Shown here: piece by piece, positions 51,301-59,944 of the stretch | Numbering within the stretch: position 1 is the first letter of the stretch | How the letters are laid out: each line of letters starts with the position of its first letter | NCBI GenBank assembly: GCA_046538485.1 | Contig: JBKHIT010000007.1 | Coordinates: 1 to 64,000, forward strand | Origin: Candidatus Brocadiia bacterium | GTDB lineage: Bacteria > Planctomycetota > Brocadiia > SM23-32 | Length of the DNA: 64,000 nucleotides | Direction of reading: 5' to 3' | The notes under the pieces: generated by a model | Told to the model about the DNA's origin: nothing | Seen by the model: only the letters and a program-made list of their open reading frames with translations | Databases searched by the model: none | Position numbers and translations under genes: made by a program

Positions 51301-52186
51301 CGTTGAATTCCTTGCCGGACAGCTCCTTCAACCCCGCGGTTCGGACCGCTACTATATTCTGGCCGGGGATCAGGACTGCCGGATCAATGAGGTGTTGGGG
51401 CTTGATACCGTGAAAGATCTGGGCGGGGGAAAATACGAATACACGAGTGAGAAGGCTGGTAAGGCCGCGAAGGCCTGGAAGGATTATGAGACGAAAATCG
51501 CCCGCGGCCAGCCGCTGGCCGTCGGGCGTGGCGGAGAGGACGGGCTTGGTTTCGCGACCAGCGTTGGCAAGACGTTGGACGAAAAACGTGGATTCAAAGT
51601 GCAGGTGACCTACGACCAGAAGAATTTGTACTTCCACTATGAGGTGAAAAGTCCGAGTCCGTTTGTGAATGGGACGGCCGACCCGAAGTATATTTTCAAA
51701 GGAGGGAATCTGCTGGACATTCAGATGGCCACCGATCCGGACGCGGATCCTGAGCGGGAAAAGGCTGCCCCCGGAGATATCCGGTTATTGATCGGGCGGC
51801 GGGACGGCAGAACGCGGGTTGTCATCTACCGTCCGAACGTGGCCGCTTTCAAAGGCGAGCCGATTCAGTTCAAATCCCCGGTTGACAGTGAGACGTTCGA
51901 TTCGATAAAGACCACGAATCGGGTCAGCCTCAAGAATTTCAGAAAGCGGAAAGGTGGATTTGAAGTTATTGCTGTAGTTCCCCGGCAAATGGTGGGGCTG
52001 GATAAACTCAGGCCGGGCACGACTCTCCGCATGGATGTCGGGTACATCTTCGGCAATGCCGGCGGTACGAACGCGAACCAGAGGGCGTACTGGCACAACA
52101 ATAGTTTCGAGGCGAATGTAGTGAACGATGTGCCCGATGAGAGCCGACTGGAACCGGATCAGTGGGGGGAAGTGCTGGTGGAGTGA
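48398..52186 (+). CDS. Large secreted protein with CBM9-like, FlgD-Ig-like and NHL domains (paralogous to 41801)
   Basis: KIDARLDDW..YTFEYRIPW; WNGRDRRGEPLPTGTYRW; PAGVAIGP, PAGIAVDGEG; C-terminal LDIQM..PGDIRLLI..YW..WG. Confidence 0.72.
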   Translation: MFSGRSIAFSLFFVLVLVSVSSLLADSGRGRHKKIYAVPTPGTVKIDARLDDWDFSGHVNCYIRSETREEKSADFAVMYDDEALYLGARVLDPSPMLNHHSPEADADKAWMGDCCQFRLVTDRTLPFPFLRGALGNANKGAEEGQPLHLMLWYFTDEKKPALQVHKSFAMEPVRKEWAPHGVVPATHFDAAYRKHPEGKSYTFEYRIPWSSLNAKKKHPVAGDVVNATVQFLWSGPNGLRAKGGVVYDVMSRGGFPWQTSGVWGKMVMRSEGNVDRKWVEPFEPPKPPRPLEFEYDLPEDGVVSVALYKDKKIVRHIVAEGKRKAGHVVEKWNGRDRRGEPLPTGTYRWKGLYHDPITTRYVMSVGNSGNPPYKTADGTGGWGGDYGPPSAACVAGDRMILGWTAHENGWGIIATDLDGNKIWGAKQKNAAFLATDGNRFFAPAERGGKRINVYAVKNGQPLVYGNGLQGLKPPETEKKDVSTKPTGVGYARGKLYVSYRELNTIGVYDADEGNLGATWNVKSPGRIAASGEGGILVISGTRLVRVKDGKPEDFATTHIDEPAGVAIGPRGKVYVANHGKLQSVSVFTPEGKYLRSIGKRGGRPLVGPWDKKGMRRPAGIAVDGEGKLWVPEAINSPKRLSVWHTSSGKLLEEYFGACSYSPFMWIDPANPSEAFFDNTIWDIDLEKGTWYPKSVFYRRTSRNMVHSGNGGFHNPFRVFTAGNGHQYAISSWHGFGPVLWIRRGNRFRPTYFMFKNHPNPVLIPRPPFKIMKDEEEYPPGHYYFWADENRDMVVQKAEITEIPGSWRNRPPYFNWMDKGLNLYGNGAVYRPGSIGEDGVPVYDFKNPEKLDVEHRSRHTWVDPEGKRLWGLGRGSRELGRAISQWDLGSGKMEWAYPHLKTWRAAINEGIPAPGKLIGSTCPLGTAGGYTGVISYFGTANLVRTKDGLFMSQVFEHGARGGYGPNVFYVEFLAGQLLQPRGSDRYYILAGDQDCRINEVLGLDTVKDLGGGKYEYTSEKAGKAAKAWKDYETKIARGQPLAVGRGGEDGLGFATSVGKTLDEKRGFKVQVTYDQKNLYFHYEVKSPSPFVNGTADPKYIFKGGNLLDIQMATDPDADPEREKAAPGDIRLLIGRRDGRTRVVIYRPNVAAFKGEPIQFKSPVDSETFDSIKTTNRVSLKNFRKRKGGFEVIAVVPRQMVGLDKLRPGTTLRMDVGYIFGNAGGTNANQRAYWHNNSFEANVVNDVPDESRLEPDQWGEVLVE

Positions 52187-52293
52187 GAGGACAGCCTGCC
52201 GTTGAAACGTTTAGGGCCGTCGCGGGGCGGGATCTGGGGCTGACGACATCGGCATAGTGTTCGAAACCCGGCTTGCGTCCAGGCCTTCCCGGA

Positions 52294-52331
52294 GGATTGC
52301 TTCGTTAATCTTGCGATGCACTCGCAATGAC
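52294..52331. repeat. Palindromic repeat half, same family as 40475/46969
   Basis: ggattgcttcg..ctcgcaatgac. Confidence 0.55.
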
Positions 52332-53134
52332 CTATGAAGAGGCATTTCTGGGCTGAATGGGCAGGGTGAACGCAGTGAACTCGGGGAAACTCTGAGCCCC
52401 GACGGGGCTTTTCATAAGAGCCCAGATCGTAGTGGTCTGACAGACTACGAAGGCCCGGGGATGTGATGTTGCCGGAAAGACGTGGGCTGAAGGTCCATCA
52501 TAAATCTGCCCCCAAAACACCGTATCGTGAGCGGACTGGACTTCAGAACCACTCCCGCGGGGCTGGAGTTCAGAACGCGGGCAGTTTCGTGCGAGTTGCC
52601 ATTTTCCAAATTCGTCCGCCTCAAGTCCCGCTTCCTCCGCCATGGCGCACTCAGCTGAACTCGAGTCTACACTCCACTGAGCAAGCTGGAGTTCAGAACG
52701 CAGTCCGGAAGCCTGCTGGTTTCGCGGCGACGGGCTGGCCCGGTGTTTGGTAAGCCCCGCAATTGGGGAGGCGAACGACAAACGGCAGGTCCGGCTCGGC
52801 GATCCAGACCTACAGCCCTCGGGCATTTTCGGTAACTCGCGACAGTTCTCAGCCTTTGAAGTCTTCCTGGAACATATTCCCGACCTCACGTATCCGCGAT
52901 GCCACGTACATGTAGGGCAACCGATTTCATTTTTCGAAGATGAAATCGGTAGAGCACGAGAGAGTGGAGAGTGGAGAGGAGATACAGAAGCTTCCGCAAA
53001 ACAAAATGCTCAATAAAGCGCTCTCTCCTGCGGACTCCTTTCACGTCCAGAGAATCGTCGAGGGCGCCTTGCCGTTTTGCGGAAAAACAGGGGCAATGAG
53101 CGGCAAACGGTACCGTATTTCTGCAGCTGACCCC

Positions 53135-54199
53135 TTAGATTTCGACGAGGTCGTATTCCCGGCTGCCAAGTCCGATTTCCTGTCCGTGGATTAGCTGGGC
53201 CTCATAGTGGCTATCCGGCCAGAGAGCGGCGATTGCATCTTTGCCGGCGGTTTCGTTAATCAGGTCGGTGGAGGCCTGATCGATGGCGACGGGGTCGCGG
53301 GAGACGACGATACCGATATCGTCGCAGATCGGGTCCATCTTTTTTCCGGCGCAATTGCAGTCGTCTGTGATATTCCAGAGGTAGGTGATGAAGGCGACGG
53401 AATCCATTTTGTCTTTGAGGATGCCGTAGGCGGATTCGGCCATTTTTTCGTTGAAGTTTTCCGGGCTTTCACTCCAGGAGAACGAAACGGCGTCGGTAGG
53501 GCAGACGGCGAGACATTCACCACAGCCGATGCATTTGTCGTAATCAATCTCGGCGGTTTCGTCGACTTCTATTGCGTCGGTGGGGCACCATTCGGCGCAG
53601 GTCCCACAACCGATACAGTCTTCAGTTATCTCTGGTTTGCCGGATTCGTGTTGACGCAGTTTACCGGCCCGGGATGCCAGTCCCATGGCCACGTTTTTGA
53701 TGGCGCCTCCGAAACCGGCCAGGTCATGTCCGGTTGCGTGGCTTATAACGAGGGTAGCAGGGATCAGCGGGAAATCACCCGCAACGGCGACGGAGTCGAA
53801 GTGTTTGAGCCCAACCTCGACTTCGTGGTGAAAGCTACCTTTCAGCCCATCGACGAATATAAGGGGGCAACCGGTGGTCTCGGGCGCGAAGCCATGATTC
53901 AAGGCGGTTTGGAAATGATCAACGGCATTAGCCCTTTGCCCACGGTAAAGTGCGGAGGTTTCGATGAAGAAGGGTTTGGCGCCCAGATCTTTAGCGGAGT
54001 TAATTATCGGCTGGATGTATTTCGGCGGGATATAGTATTCGTTGCCCATCTCGCCGAAATGAGTTTTGAGAGCGACGAGTTGACCTTCGGCGCACAGCGA
54101 ATTCATACCGGATTCTTCAAAAAGTTGCCGCGTTTTTTCACAGATGGAATCGTCATCTTCGTCGTTTCCGAAGCGTGCGATGTATACTTTGCTTTTCAT
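53135..54199 (-). CDS. DUF362 domain protein with 2x[4Fe-4S] ferredoxin
   Basis: KTHFGEMG, GGAIKNVAMG, CIGCGTC..CP, CIGCGEC..CP, DPVAID. Confidence 0.9.
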   Translation of the reverse strand: MKSKVYIARFGNDEDDDSICEKTRQLFEESGMNSLCAEGQLVALKTHFGEMGNEYYIPPKYIQPIINSAKDLGAKPFFIETSALYRGQRANAVDHFQTALNHGFAPETTGCPLIFVDGLKGSFHHEVEVGLKHFDSVAVAGDFPLIPATLVISHATGHDLAGFGGAIKNVAMGLASRAGKLRQHESGKPEITEDCIGCGTCAEWCPTDAIEVDETAEIDYDKCIGCGECLAVCPTDAVSFSWSESPENFNEKMAESAYGILKDKMDSVAFITYLWNITDDCNCAGKKMDPICDDIGIVVSRDPVAIDQASTDLINETAGKDAIAALWPDSHYEAQLIHGQEIGLGSREYDLVEI

Positions 54200-54345
54200 G
54201 TCATTCTCCGTGGCGCTTGTGCGAGTTGTGAGTAGATTTAGGTCAAATTCAGGTCAAAACTTGATTCGGGAGATAGCGGCCGGTTTGGCGCCGGGATGCT
54301 GCGAAGATGGTGCATGTACAGAACTTATTTACTGGGAGATTCCAG

Positions 54346-54732
54346 TTATCCGTCGGTTTGATCTTCAGTTTGGAGTGCATCGTCGACTGTCGGGAAGATA
54401 TCGATGAGTTTGTCCAGTTTAGTTAGTTCGAACAGGTCGGCGATCAGTGGCTGAGGATTAACGACTTTAACGTAGCCGTCTGTATCTTTGACGGTCCGAT
54501 AGACGCGCATTATTTGGCCCAGTGCCGAGGAGCCCATAAAACTTACATTGCTCAAATCGAAAATGACTTTGTTCTGATTGTTCTCAAAGATTTCGTCGAT
54601 TTTGCTACTGAGCGCGTCGGCGACGAGTTCATTCACGTGACCGGAGAGCTCGAAAACGAGGGTTTCTCCCTGTTTTTCGATGTAAATTTCAGAGGGTTCT
54701 TCATTTTCAAAGCGGGAGCGCATTGTTTTCAA
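54346..54732 (-). CDS. STAS anti-sigma-factor antagonist (RsbV/SpoIIAA-like)
   Basis: FDLSNVSFMGSSALG; TTGA overlap with upstream gene. Confidence 0.88.
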   Translation of the reverse strand: MKTMRSRFENEEPSEIYIEKQGETLVFELSGHVNELVADALSSKIDEIFENNQNKVIFDLSNVSFMGSSALGQIMRVYRTVKDTDGYVKVVNPQPLIADLFELTKLDKLIDIFPTVDDALQTEDQTDG

Positions 54733-56099
54733 GACCCCGAATTTTTAGAGTGCCAGGGAGCGTATTTTGTCATGGTAACTTTATTGCCTTTTTCATTGTA
54801 TTCGACCGAATCCATGTACGCTTTCATGAGAGCGACGCCCCGGCCGTAGACGGAGTCGAGTTGTTTACCGTCGATGGGGTCCGGGATACTTCCCGGATCG
54901 AACCCTTCGCCTTCGTCAGCAACCGAAATGATCGTTTTGTTTTCATCAAGGATGAAATTGGTGCGTACTTTTTTTGTGCTATCAAGTTTGTTCCCGTGTT
55001 TGATGGCATTGATGATAGCTTCTTCGAGGGCGAGCTTTACTGCGAAGAGGTATCTCTCGCCATAACCTTTAGCGGAGAGCGCGGGGAGTATGACATCTTC
55101 CACCCGACTTACTTCCGAAGGAATACTCGGAATAGTAATTTGTTTTTCTTTTGCGCGGCGGTTAAGCAACTGCAGGGCAAAAATCAAGACGTCATCTTGC
55201 GGTTCTTCTGAAATTTGCTCACATATGTTGCTGACGAGCTTTTGCACGGGGAAATCGGCGTTTTTTTCGAGGAGGTTTTGCAGTTTGTGAATCGCTTCTT
55301 CTCGTGCTCTGCTTTCGAACATATCCAGAGCACCATCCGTGTAGAAAAAAAGCTTGTCATTTTTTTTGAGCTGGATGTTTTTTTCTTCGTATTGTGGATC
55401 CTCGAACATTCCCACAAAAAGGCCTTCGCTATCAAGGGATTCTACGATTCCGTCGCGTATGAGATAGGGGGGACAATGAGAAGCATTGACGTATCTGAAG
55501 GTAAGCATCTCGGTATCGATGAGGCCAAGAAACGCCGTGAGATGGTGGCCGGCAAGGGTGGAGTCAAGGAGGGCTTTATTCCCCTTTTCCATGATGAGTT
55601 TGGGGCTTGACTCTGTGGTGGCGAACGTTCGGAAAGCCATTCGTGCTGTTGCCATAATGACGGCTGCGGGCAGCCCATGGCCGCTTACGTCTCCGATCAT
55701 AAGCCCCATCGTTGCGTCAGAAATCTGGATAACGTCATAGAAATCTCCCCCAACGCGTTCGCCGCTGCGGCATTCGGAAGCGAATTCGACACCTTCAAAA
55801 TCAGAAAGCCAGAGAGGTCGCATACTTTGCTGGAGTTTCCGGGCGACGGCATTATCCCGCTCCAAAATCATACTCTGACGTTCAAGTTGTTTGGTGAGAG
55901 ATTGCTCATCGTTTTCTTCGCCTTGCCCTTCGGCTTTTGAAGTGCGCAGTTTGAGCTGTTTCCGCAGGTGTTCGACTGTTCGGTGAGCGTCTTGCAGCTC
56001 TTCGTTTAGTTTGTGAACGCATTCTTGAAGAGCCCGGGCTTGAGCTGCCAGCATATCTTTCGACTGCTGGCCTTTGTCTGGGTTTTCAGGACTTGCCAT
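54729..56099 (-). CDS. Coiled coil + PP2C/SpoIIE phosphatase + RsbW-like anti-sigma kinase fusion
   Basis: VGGDFYD, GDVSGHG, YTDG, QDD; EAIINAIKHG, DEGEGFD, GRGV. Confidence 0.88.
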   Translation of the reverse strand: MASPENPDKGQQSKDMLAAQARALQECVHKLNEELQDAHRTVEHLRKQLKLRTSKAEGQGEENDEQSLTKQLERQSMILERDNAVARKLQQSMRPLWLSDFEGVEFASECRSGERVGGDFYDVIQISDATMGLMIGDVSGHGLPAAVIMATARMAFRTFATTESSPKLIMEKGNKALLDSTLAGHHLTAFLGLIDTEMLTFRYVNASHCPPYLIRDGIVESLDSEGLFVGMFEDPQYEEKNIQLKKNDKLFFYTDGALDMFESRAREEAIHKLQNLLEKNADFPVQKLVSNICEQISEEPQDDVLIFALQLLNRRAKEKQITIPSIPSEVSRVEDVILPALSAKGYGERYLFAVKLALEEAIINAIKHGNKLDSTKKVRTNFILDENKTIISVADEGEGFDPGSIPDPIDGKQLDSVYGRGVALMKAYMDSVEYNEKGNKVTMTKYAPWHSKNSGS

Positions 56100-56203
56100 G
56101 CGGAAAAGCGTCCTTTTAAGGAAATCTGTTTGTTTTCCGAGCACCTATAACAACGACTTTATCCATAGACGTGCGGGTCGACAAGAAATATGGTCTAAAT
56201 GCA

Positions 56204-56234
56204 AGAAGGGAGCCGCTGCTCGCGGCTCCCTTCT
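56204..56234 (-). terminator. Stem-loop, probable terminator
   Basis: Perfect 13-bp stem agaagggagccgc/gcggctcccttct downstream of the 56306 gene; weak U tract. Confidence 0.55.
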
Positions 56235-56305
56235 GGATCTGAATTACTTGCGTTTTCCGGCACAAAACCTGCCCGGTCGCTGCACCGGCGCTCCAATAGC
56301 AGGCC

Positions 56306-57604
56306 TTAGTCTTCGTTCTCTTCTTCCTCTTGAGCCTGATATTCATCACAGGAATTTTGATGTATATGGAGCCCACGAGCCGTGGGGAAGGTTCTGCCGC
56401 AAACGCACCTGAATTCTTCTTCTTCTTCTTCTTCCTCCTCCTCCTCCTCCTCTTCGACTTCAGTTTCCTCTTGTTCAGCTTCTTCTGCCCCTGCTGTTGC
56501 TTCAGGAGTTTCTTCTGTAAACTCTTCACCAACCTCAAACTCTTCTTCTTCGGGTTCTTCCTCGTAGACTTCATCGACATCGATTCGGTCTACATGTTTC
56601 CGGAGAAGGAAGCAGACTATGGTGCTCGAAGTGAAGAAGTAGGAAAAAGCATAGGCGGGCACCAGCCCGCGGACACCGAGCGCGATGATCTGAAGCAGCA
56701 TCGATGCCACTTTCATACCGGCACTGGTTCCTTCTGGTACTATGTTTTGGAAATCCAGAATTTCTCTGCCAACAAGACCAATGCTTATTGTTTGGCTCAT
56801 TATGTGAACGAAAAGTTCTGCCGCGAGAAACGCTACGAGAGTCGTGACCAGTCCGCCCACCAGGACGACGAAGTAGTACCCCACGAAACGGTTGAATCCC
56901 CAGAGCAGATAACTGTACGCGCTGCTCCAGCCTTCAAAGGCATCTTTACCGCCTATGCTAACAGCGGGAAACATAAGTCCAAATGTTGCGACGCCAAGAA
57001 CAATAATGAAGGTCAATATTAGGGTGGAAGGTAGCACGCCAAACGGCAGGAGAATTGCGAGGGCCCACGGGCCTACAAATGGTATAGAACCGATAAGCCC
57101 TGCGATCATGTTACAGAACGCGAAGATCATAATTCCGAACAAGGGGGTGACAGGGGCGAAATAATATGCCTTTCTTTTTGAGCGGATCATTTCCAGAGCA
57201 TCGTGGAGCGTGGGGATATCGTCGCGGGCATACTGGAGCGATGTCAGGCGTGTGATTGCCCCCCCGCAAACGGACCATACGCCCATCAAAAGCAGATAAA
57301 ACAAAAGGGAAAAAGCAAAATGCTGCCAACCTGCAGCGAAAGGGTTCAGCAGGGGCAAAACAGCCATAAGAACACTTTTGCTGTCGCCTTCCATGAATCG
57401 GAAAAGCATATTTTCAGGACCTCTGAAATTGCCCATTTGGGCCAACGCAGACGCGGGAGCTTTGCCAAAATGGACCATGGCAAATACGGCGATCAGTGCT
57501 ACAGTCGCAAGGGTCGCCACGAAGCCCAGCCACAATTTTTTCGCGTCAACGGCCAGCGAGTGCGCTGACAGCAAATCTCTCCAATCACCTTTACGCTCTC
57601 TCAT
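56306..57604 (-). CDS. Multi-TM membrane protein with poly-Glu tail and C-terminal C2HC zinc-finger-like motif
   Basis: Several TM helices; long E run; FRCVCGRTFPTARGLHIHQNSC. Confidence 0.75.
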   Translation of the reverse strand: MRERKGDWRDLLSAHSLAVDAKKLWLGFVATLATVALIAVFAMVHFGKAPASALAQMGNFRGPENMLFRFMEGDSKSVLMAVLPLLNPFAAGWQHFAFSLLFYLLLMGVWSVCGGAITRLTSLQYARDDIPTLHDALEMIRSKRKAYYFAPVTPLFGIMIFAFCNMIAGLIGSIPFVGPWALAILLPFGVLPSTLILTFIIVLGVATFGLMFPAVSIGGKDAFEGWSSAYSYLLWGFNRFVGYYFVVLVGGLVTTLVAFLAAELFVHIMSQTISIGLVGREILDFQNIVPEGTSAGMKVASMLLQIIALGVRGLVPAYAFSYFFTSSTIVCFLLRKHVDRIDVDEVYEEEPEEEEFEVGEEFTEETPEATAGAEEAEQEETEVEEEEEEEEEEEEEEFRCVCGRTFPTARGLHIHQNSCDEYQAQEEEENED

Positions 57605-57720
57605 TGTTTTGCTCCCTATCGGTGTAATTCTGCGTGCAGGGGACCATCATCAGTGTGGGGAGAAGGGTACACACACGATACATGGTTTGTCAACCGCAAA
57701 ATGATCCCCGTTATTCCTTT

Positions 57721-57936
57721 TTAACTTTCCGATTCCTCGGGCAAATCGCCGCGTTCGATGCGTTCGTTGACACATTCCTCAATACGATGTTCCTCTTCAA
57801 ACCACTTGTCCAAGTCCATAAGTTTACATCGTTTTCCGCAAAAAGGAAAGTAAGGATTCTCATCCAACCCTGTATAAGTTACTTTTTTCCCGCAGGTGGG
57901 ACACTTCACAACAGGCGAATTGTCCGATTCTGTCAT
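57721..57936 (-). CDS. yacG: DNA gyrase inhibitor YacG
   Basis: VKCPTCGK..PFCGKRCKLMDLDKW. Confidence 0.9.
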   Translation of the reverse strand: MTESDNSPVVKCPTCGKKVTYTGLDENPYFPFCGKRCKLMDLDKWFEEEHRIEECVNERIERGDLPEESES

Positions 57937-57980
57937 TTCTGGATGCTGTCCCGTGGGACTTATCGGTTTCAAGAAAAATG

Positions 57981-58610
57981 CTATTGCTCGTCCGGAGGTG
58001 CGACTGAGACTGCGACCTGGGCGGGTCTCAGCAATTCACCATCGAGCAGGAAACCTTTCTGGATTTCCTCAACAATCGTATTCGGTTCGACTTCGTTGGT
58101 CGGCTGCTGATAGACCGCTTCATGATAGCTCGGATCAAAAGGTTGTCCAATCACCTCCATCGGCTTTATGCCTAAATCTTCCAGAATATTGTAGAATTCA
58201 TTTTCCGTCATAGCAAGTCCTTCGCTAATGCTTTCCGCCCCTTCGGTTTCCCGGGCAACTTCTCGGGCGCGTACGAGGCTATCAATAAAGGGGACAACTT
58301 TCCGAGCCAGTTCACGCAGTGCGTCACGGCGTGCGGAGCGGCGGGTCTTTTTAATCCGTTCCTGTAGATTCATCTTGTCGGCTACCGCTCGCCTGAGCCG
58401 ATCAAGATATTCATCTCGTTCTTCAGCCAGAGTCTTGAGTTCTTCATATTCGGTAAATCGTATAGTGACGTTTTTATTTTGCGGCTCCTCATTATTCTCC
58501 TGGGATTCACCTGTTTCGGTTTCGGCAGAGTCTTGCGGAGTTGCTTCGGCTTTCTGTGAATCGATGTCCTCCGCTGAACCGCCTTTCTGGTTTTGTTTTT
58601 CGGTTGTCAT
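57981..58610 (-). CDS. grpE: Nucleotide exchange factor GrpE
   Basis: FDPSYHEAV, KGFLL, LRPAQVAV. Confidence 0.93.
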   Translation of the reverse strand: MTTEKQNQKGGSAEDIDSQKAEATPQDSAETETGESQENNEEPQNKNVTIRFTEYEELKTLAEERDEYLDRLRRAVADKMNLQERIKKTRRSARRDALRELARKVVPFIDSLVRAREVARETEGAESISEGLAMTENEFYNILEDLGIKPMEVIGQPFDPSYHEAVYQQPTNEVEPNTIVEEIQKGFLLDGELLRPAQVAVSVAPPDEQ

Positions 58611-58643
58611 TTTGTTTCCCTTTTGCCATTGCAGAGAGATAAT

Positions 58644-59798
58644 TTATTGCTGTTCTTCGTCTTTTTCACCATGGGATCGCTGGTACACGTACTCTTTTAT
58701 TTTTTGCAGAAATCCTTTTCGTTTTTCGGAAACGTGGCTTCCTTCGATTTCTGCGAGTTCTCGTAGGAGTTCTTCCTGGCGGTCGGTGAGTTTTTGGGGC
58801 ACTTCCACGCTGACATTTATAAGCAGGTCTCCCCGCGCTGAGTTTTGGGGGTAAGGTAGCCCGGCTTTCGATATCCGTAGAAGGTCGCCCCCCTGGGTAG
58901 AACGGGGGATTTCAATTTCGCGCATCTCTCCGCCCAAAATAGGCACCTGTGCTTTTCCTCCGAGAGCGGCCAGGGAGTAACTCACAGGCAGTTCGCAGAT
59001 CAAGTCAGCACCGCGTCGATTAAAGATGGAATGTTCGCGAACGGTTATGTCACAGAACAGGTCACCGCGTCCTCCGGGACCCGGTTCGCCTTCCCCGCGG
59101 ACCCTTATACGCGTGCCGGATTCTATTCCTGCGGGGACCGTTATTTCGACGTCACATTCTTTTTCAATCAAGCCTTCCCCGCCACATTTACTGCAGGGGT
59201 TTTTGCATATAGTTCCGCTTCCGTGACATTTGGGACATGTTGTTCGCATTGAAAAGAAGCCCTGGCGGTTCTCAACCTGTCCGTGACCGCGGCAATAGGA
59301 ACATGTCGTAGGCTCTGTTCCGGGGGTGCAGCCGTTGCCTTCACAGTGGTCACAGATTTCCCGACGACGCAGAGTGACTGTTTTGGTAACGCCTTCGCTC
59401 ACTTCTTCCAGGCTCATATTGAGGGCAACACGCAGGTTGCGTCCTCGTTTTTCCCGACGTTGTCCCCGCCGGCCTCCGCTGAAAAACTCATCGAACAGGC
59501 CGCTCCCCCCGAAAATGTCACTGAACGCGCTGAAAATATCGTCGAACGATCCAAAATCACGCCGCCCCGTATTGCGGAGACCTGCCTCGCCGTATTGATC
59601 GTAGAGACGCCGTTTTTGCTCATCGCCCAAAACTTCATAAGCTCGAGCCGCCTCTTTGAACTTTTCAGCTGCTTCAGGATCATCCGGATTGCGGTCAGGA
59701 TGGTATTCAAGAGCAAGTTTGCGATAGGCGCGCTTTATCTCCTTCTGGGAGGCTTTCCGCTTGACCCCGAGGATGTCATAATAGTCTTTTTCTGGCAT
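58644..59798 (-). CDS. dnaJ: Chaperone DnaJ
   Basis: [11 protein letters not shown], four CxxCxGxG repeats. Confidence 0.96.
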   Translation of the reverse strand: MPEKDYYDILGVKRKASQKEIKRAYRKLALEYHPDRNPDDPEAAEKFKEAARAYEVLGDEQKRRLYDQYGEAGLRNTGRRDFGSFDDIFSAFSDIFGGSGLFDEFFSGGRRGQRREKRGRNLRVALNMSLEEVSEGVTKTVTLRRREICDHCEGNGCTPGTEPTTCSYCRGHGQVENRQGFFSMRTTCPKCHGSGTICKNPCSKCGGEGLIEKECDVEITVPAGIESGTRIRVRGEGEPGPGGRGDLFCDITVREHSIFNRRGADLICELPVSYSLAALGGKAQVPILGGEMREIEIPRSTQGGDLLRISKAGLPYPQNSARGDLLINVSVEVPQKLTDRQEELLRELAEIEGSHVSEKRKGFLQKIKEYVYQRSHGEKDEEQQ

Positions 59799-59847
59799 AT
59801 CGCACTTCGCCAATTGGAATCAGCTACGGCTATGTGTGCTTGTATGT

Positions 59848-59880
59848 CAAAGAGGGCTGCCATGAAGACAGCCCTCTTTG
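59848..59880 (-). terminator. Stem-loop between groEL and dnaJ
   Basis: 12-bp stem caaagagggctg/cagccctctttg. Confidence 0.55.
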
Positions 59881-59944
59881 TATTCAGTTATTCTTCAACC
59901 TGACAATCTCCCCATGCATATTGGATTGGGGGAATGCAGGACGA

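Noticed and set aside
44633..51637. Long antisense ORFs (712, 617 and 350 aa)
   Set aside because: Shadows of GC-rich sense genes, with no motifs
53207..54235. 342-aa plus-strand ORF
   Set aside because: Antisense to the clear DUF362 gene
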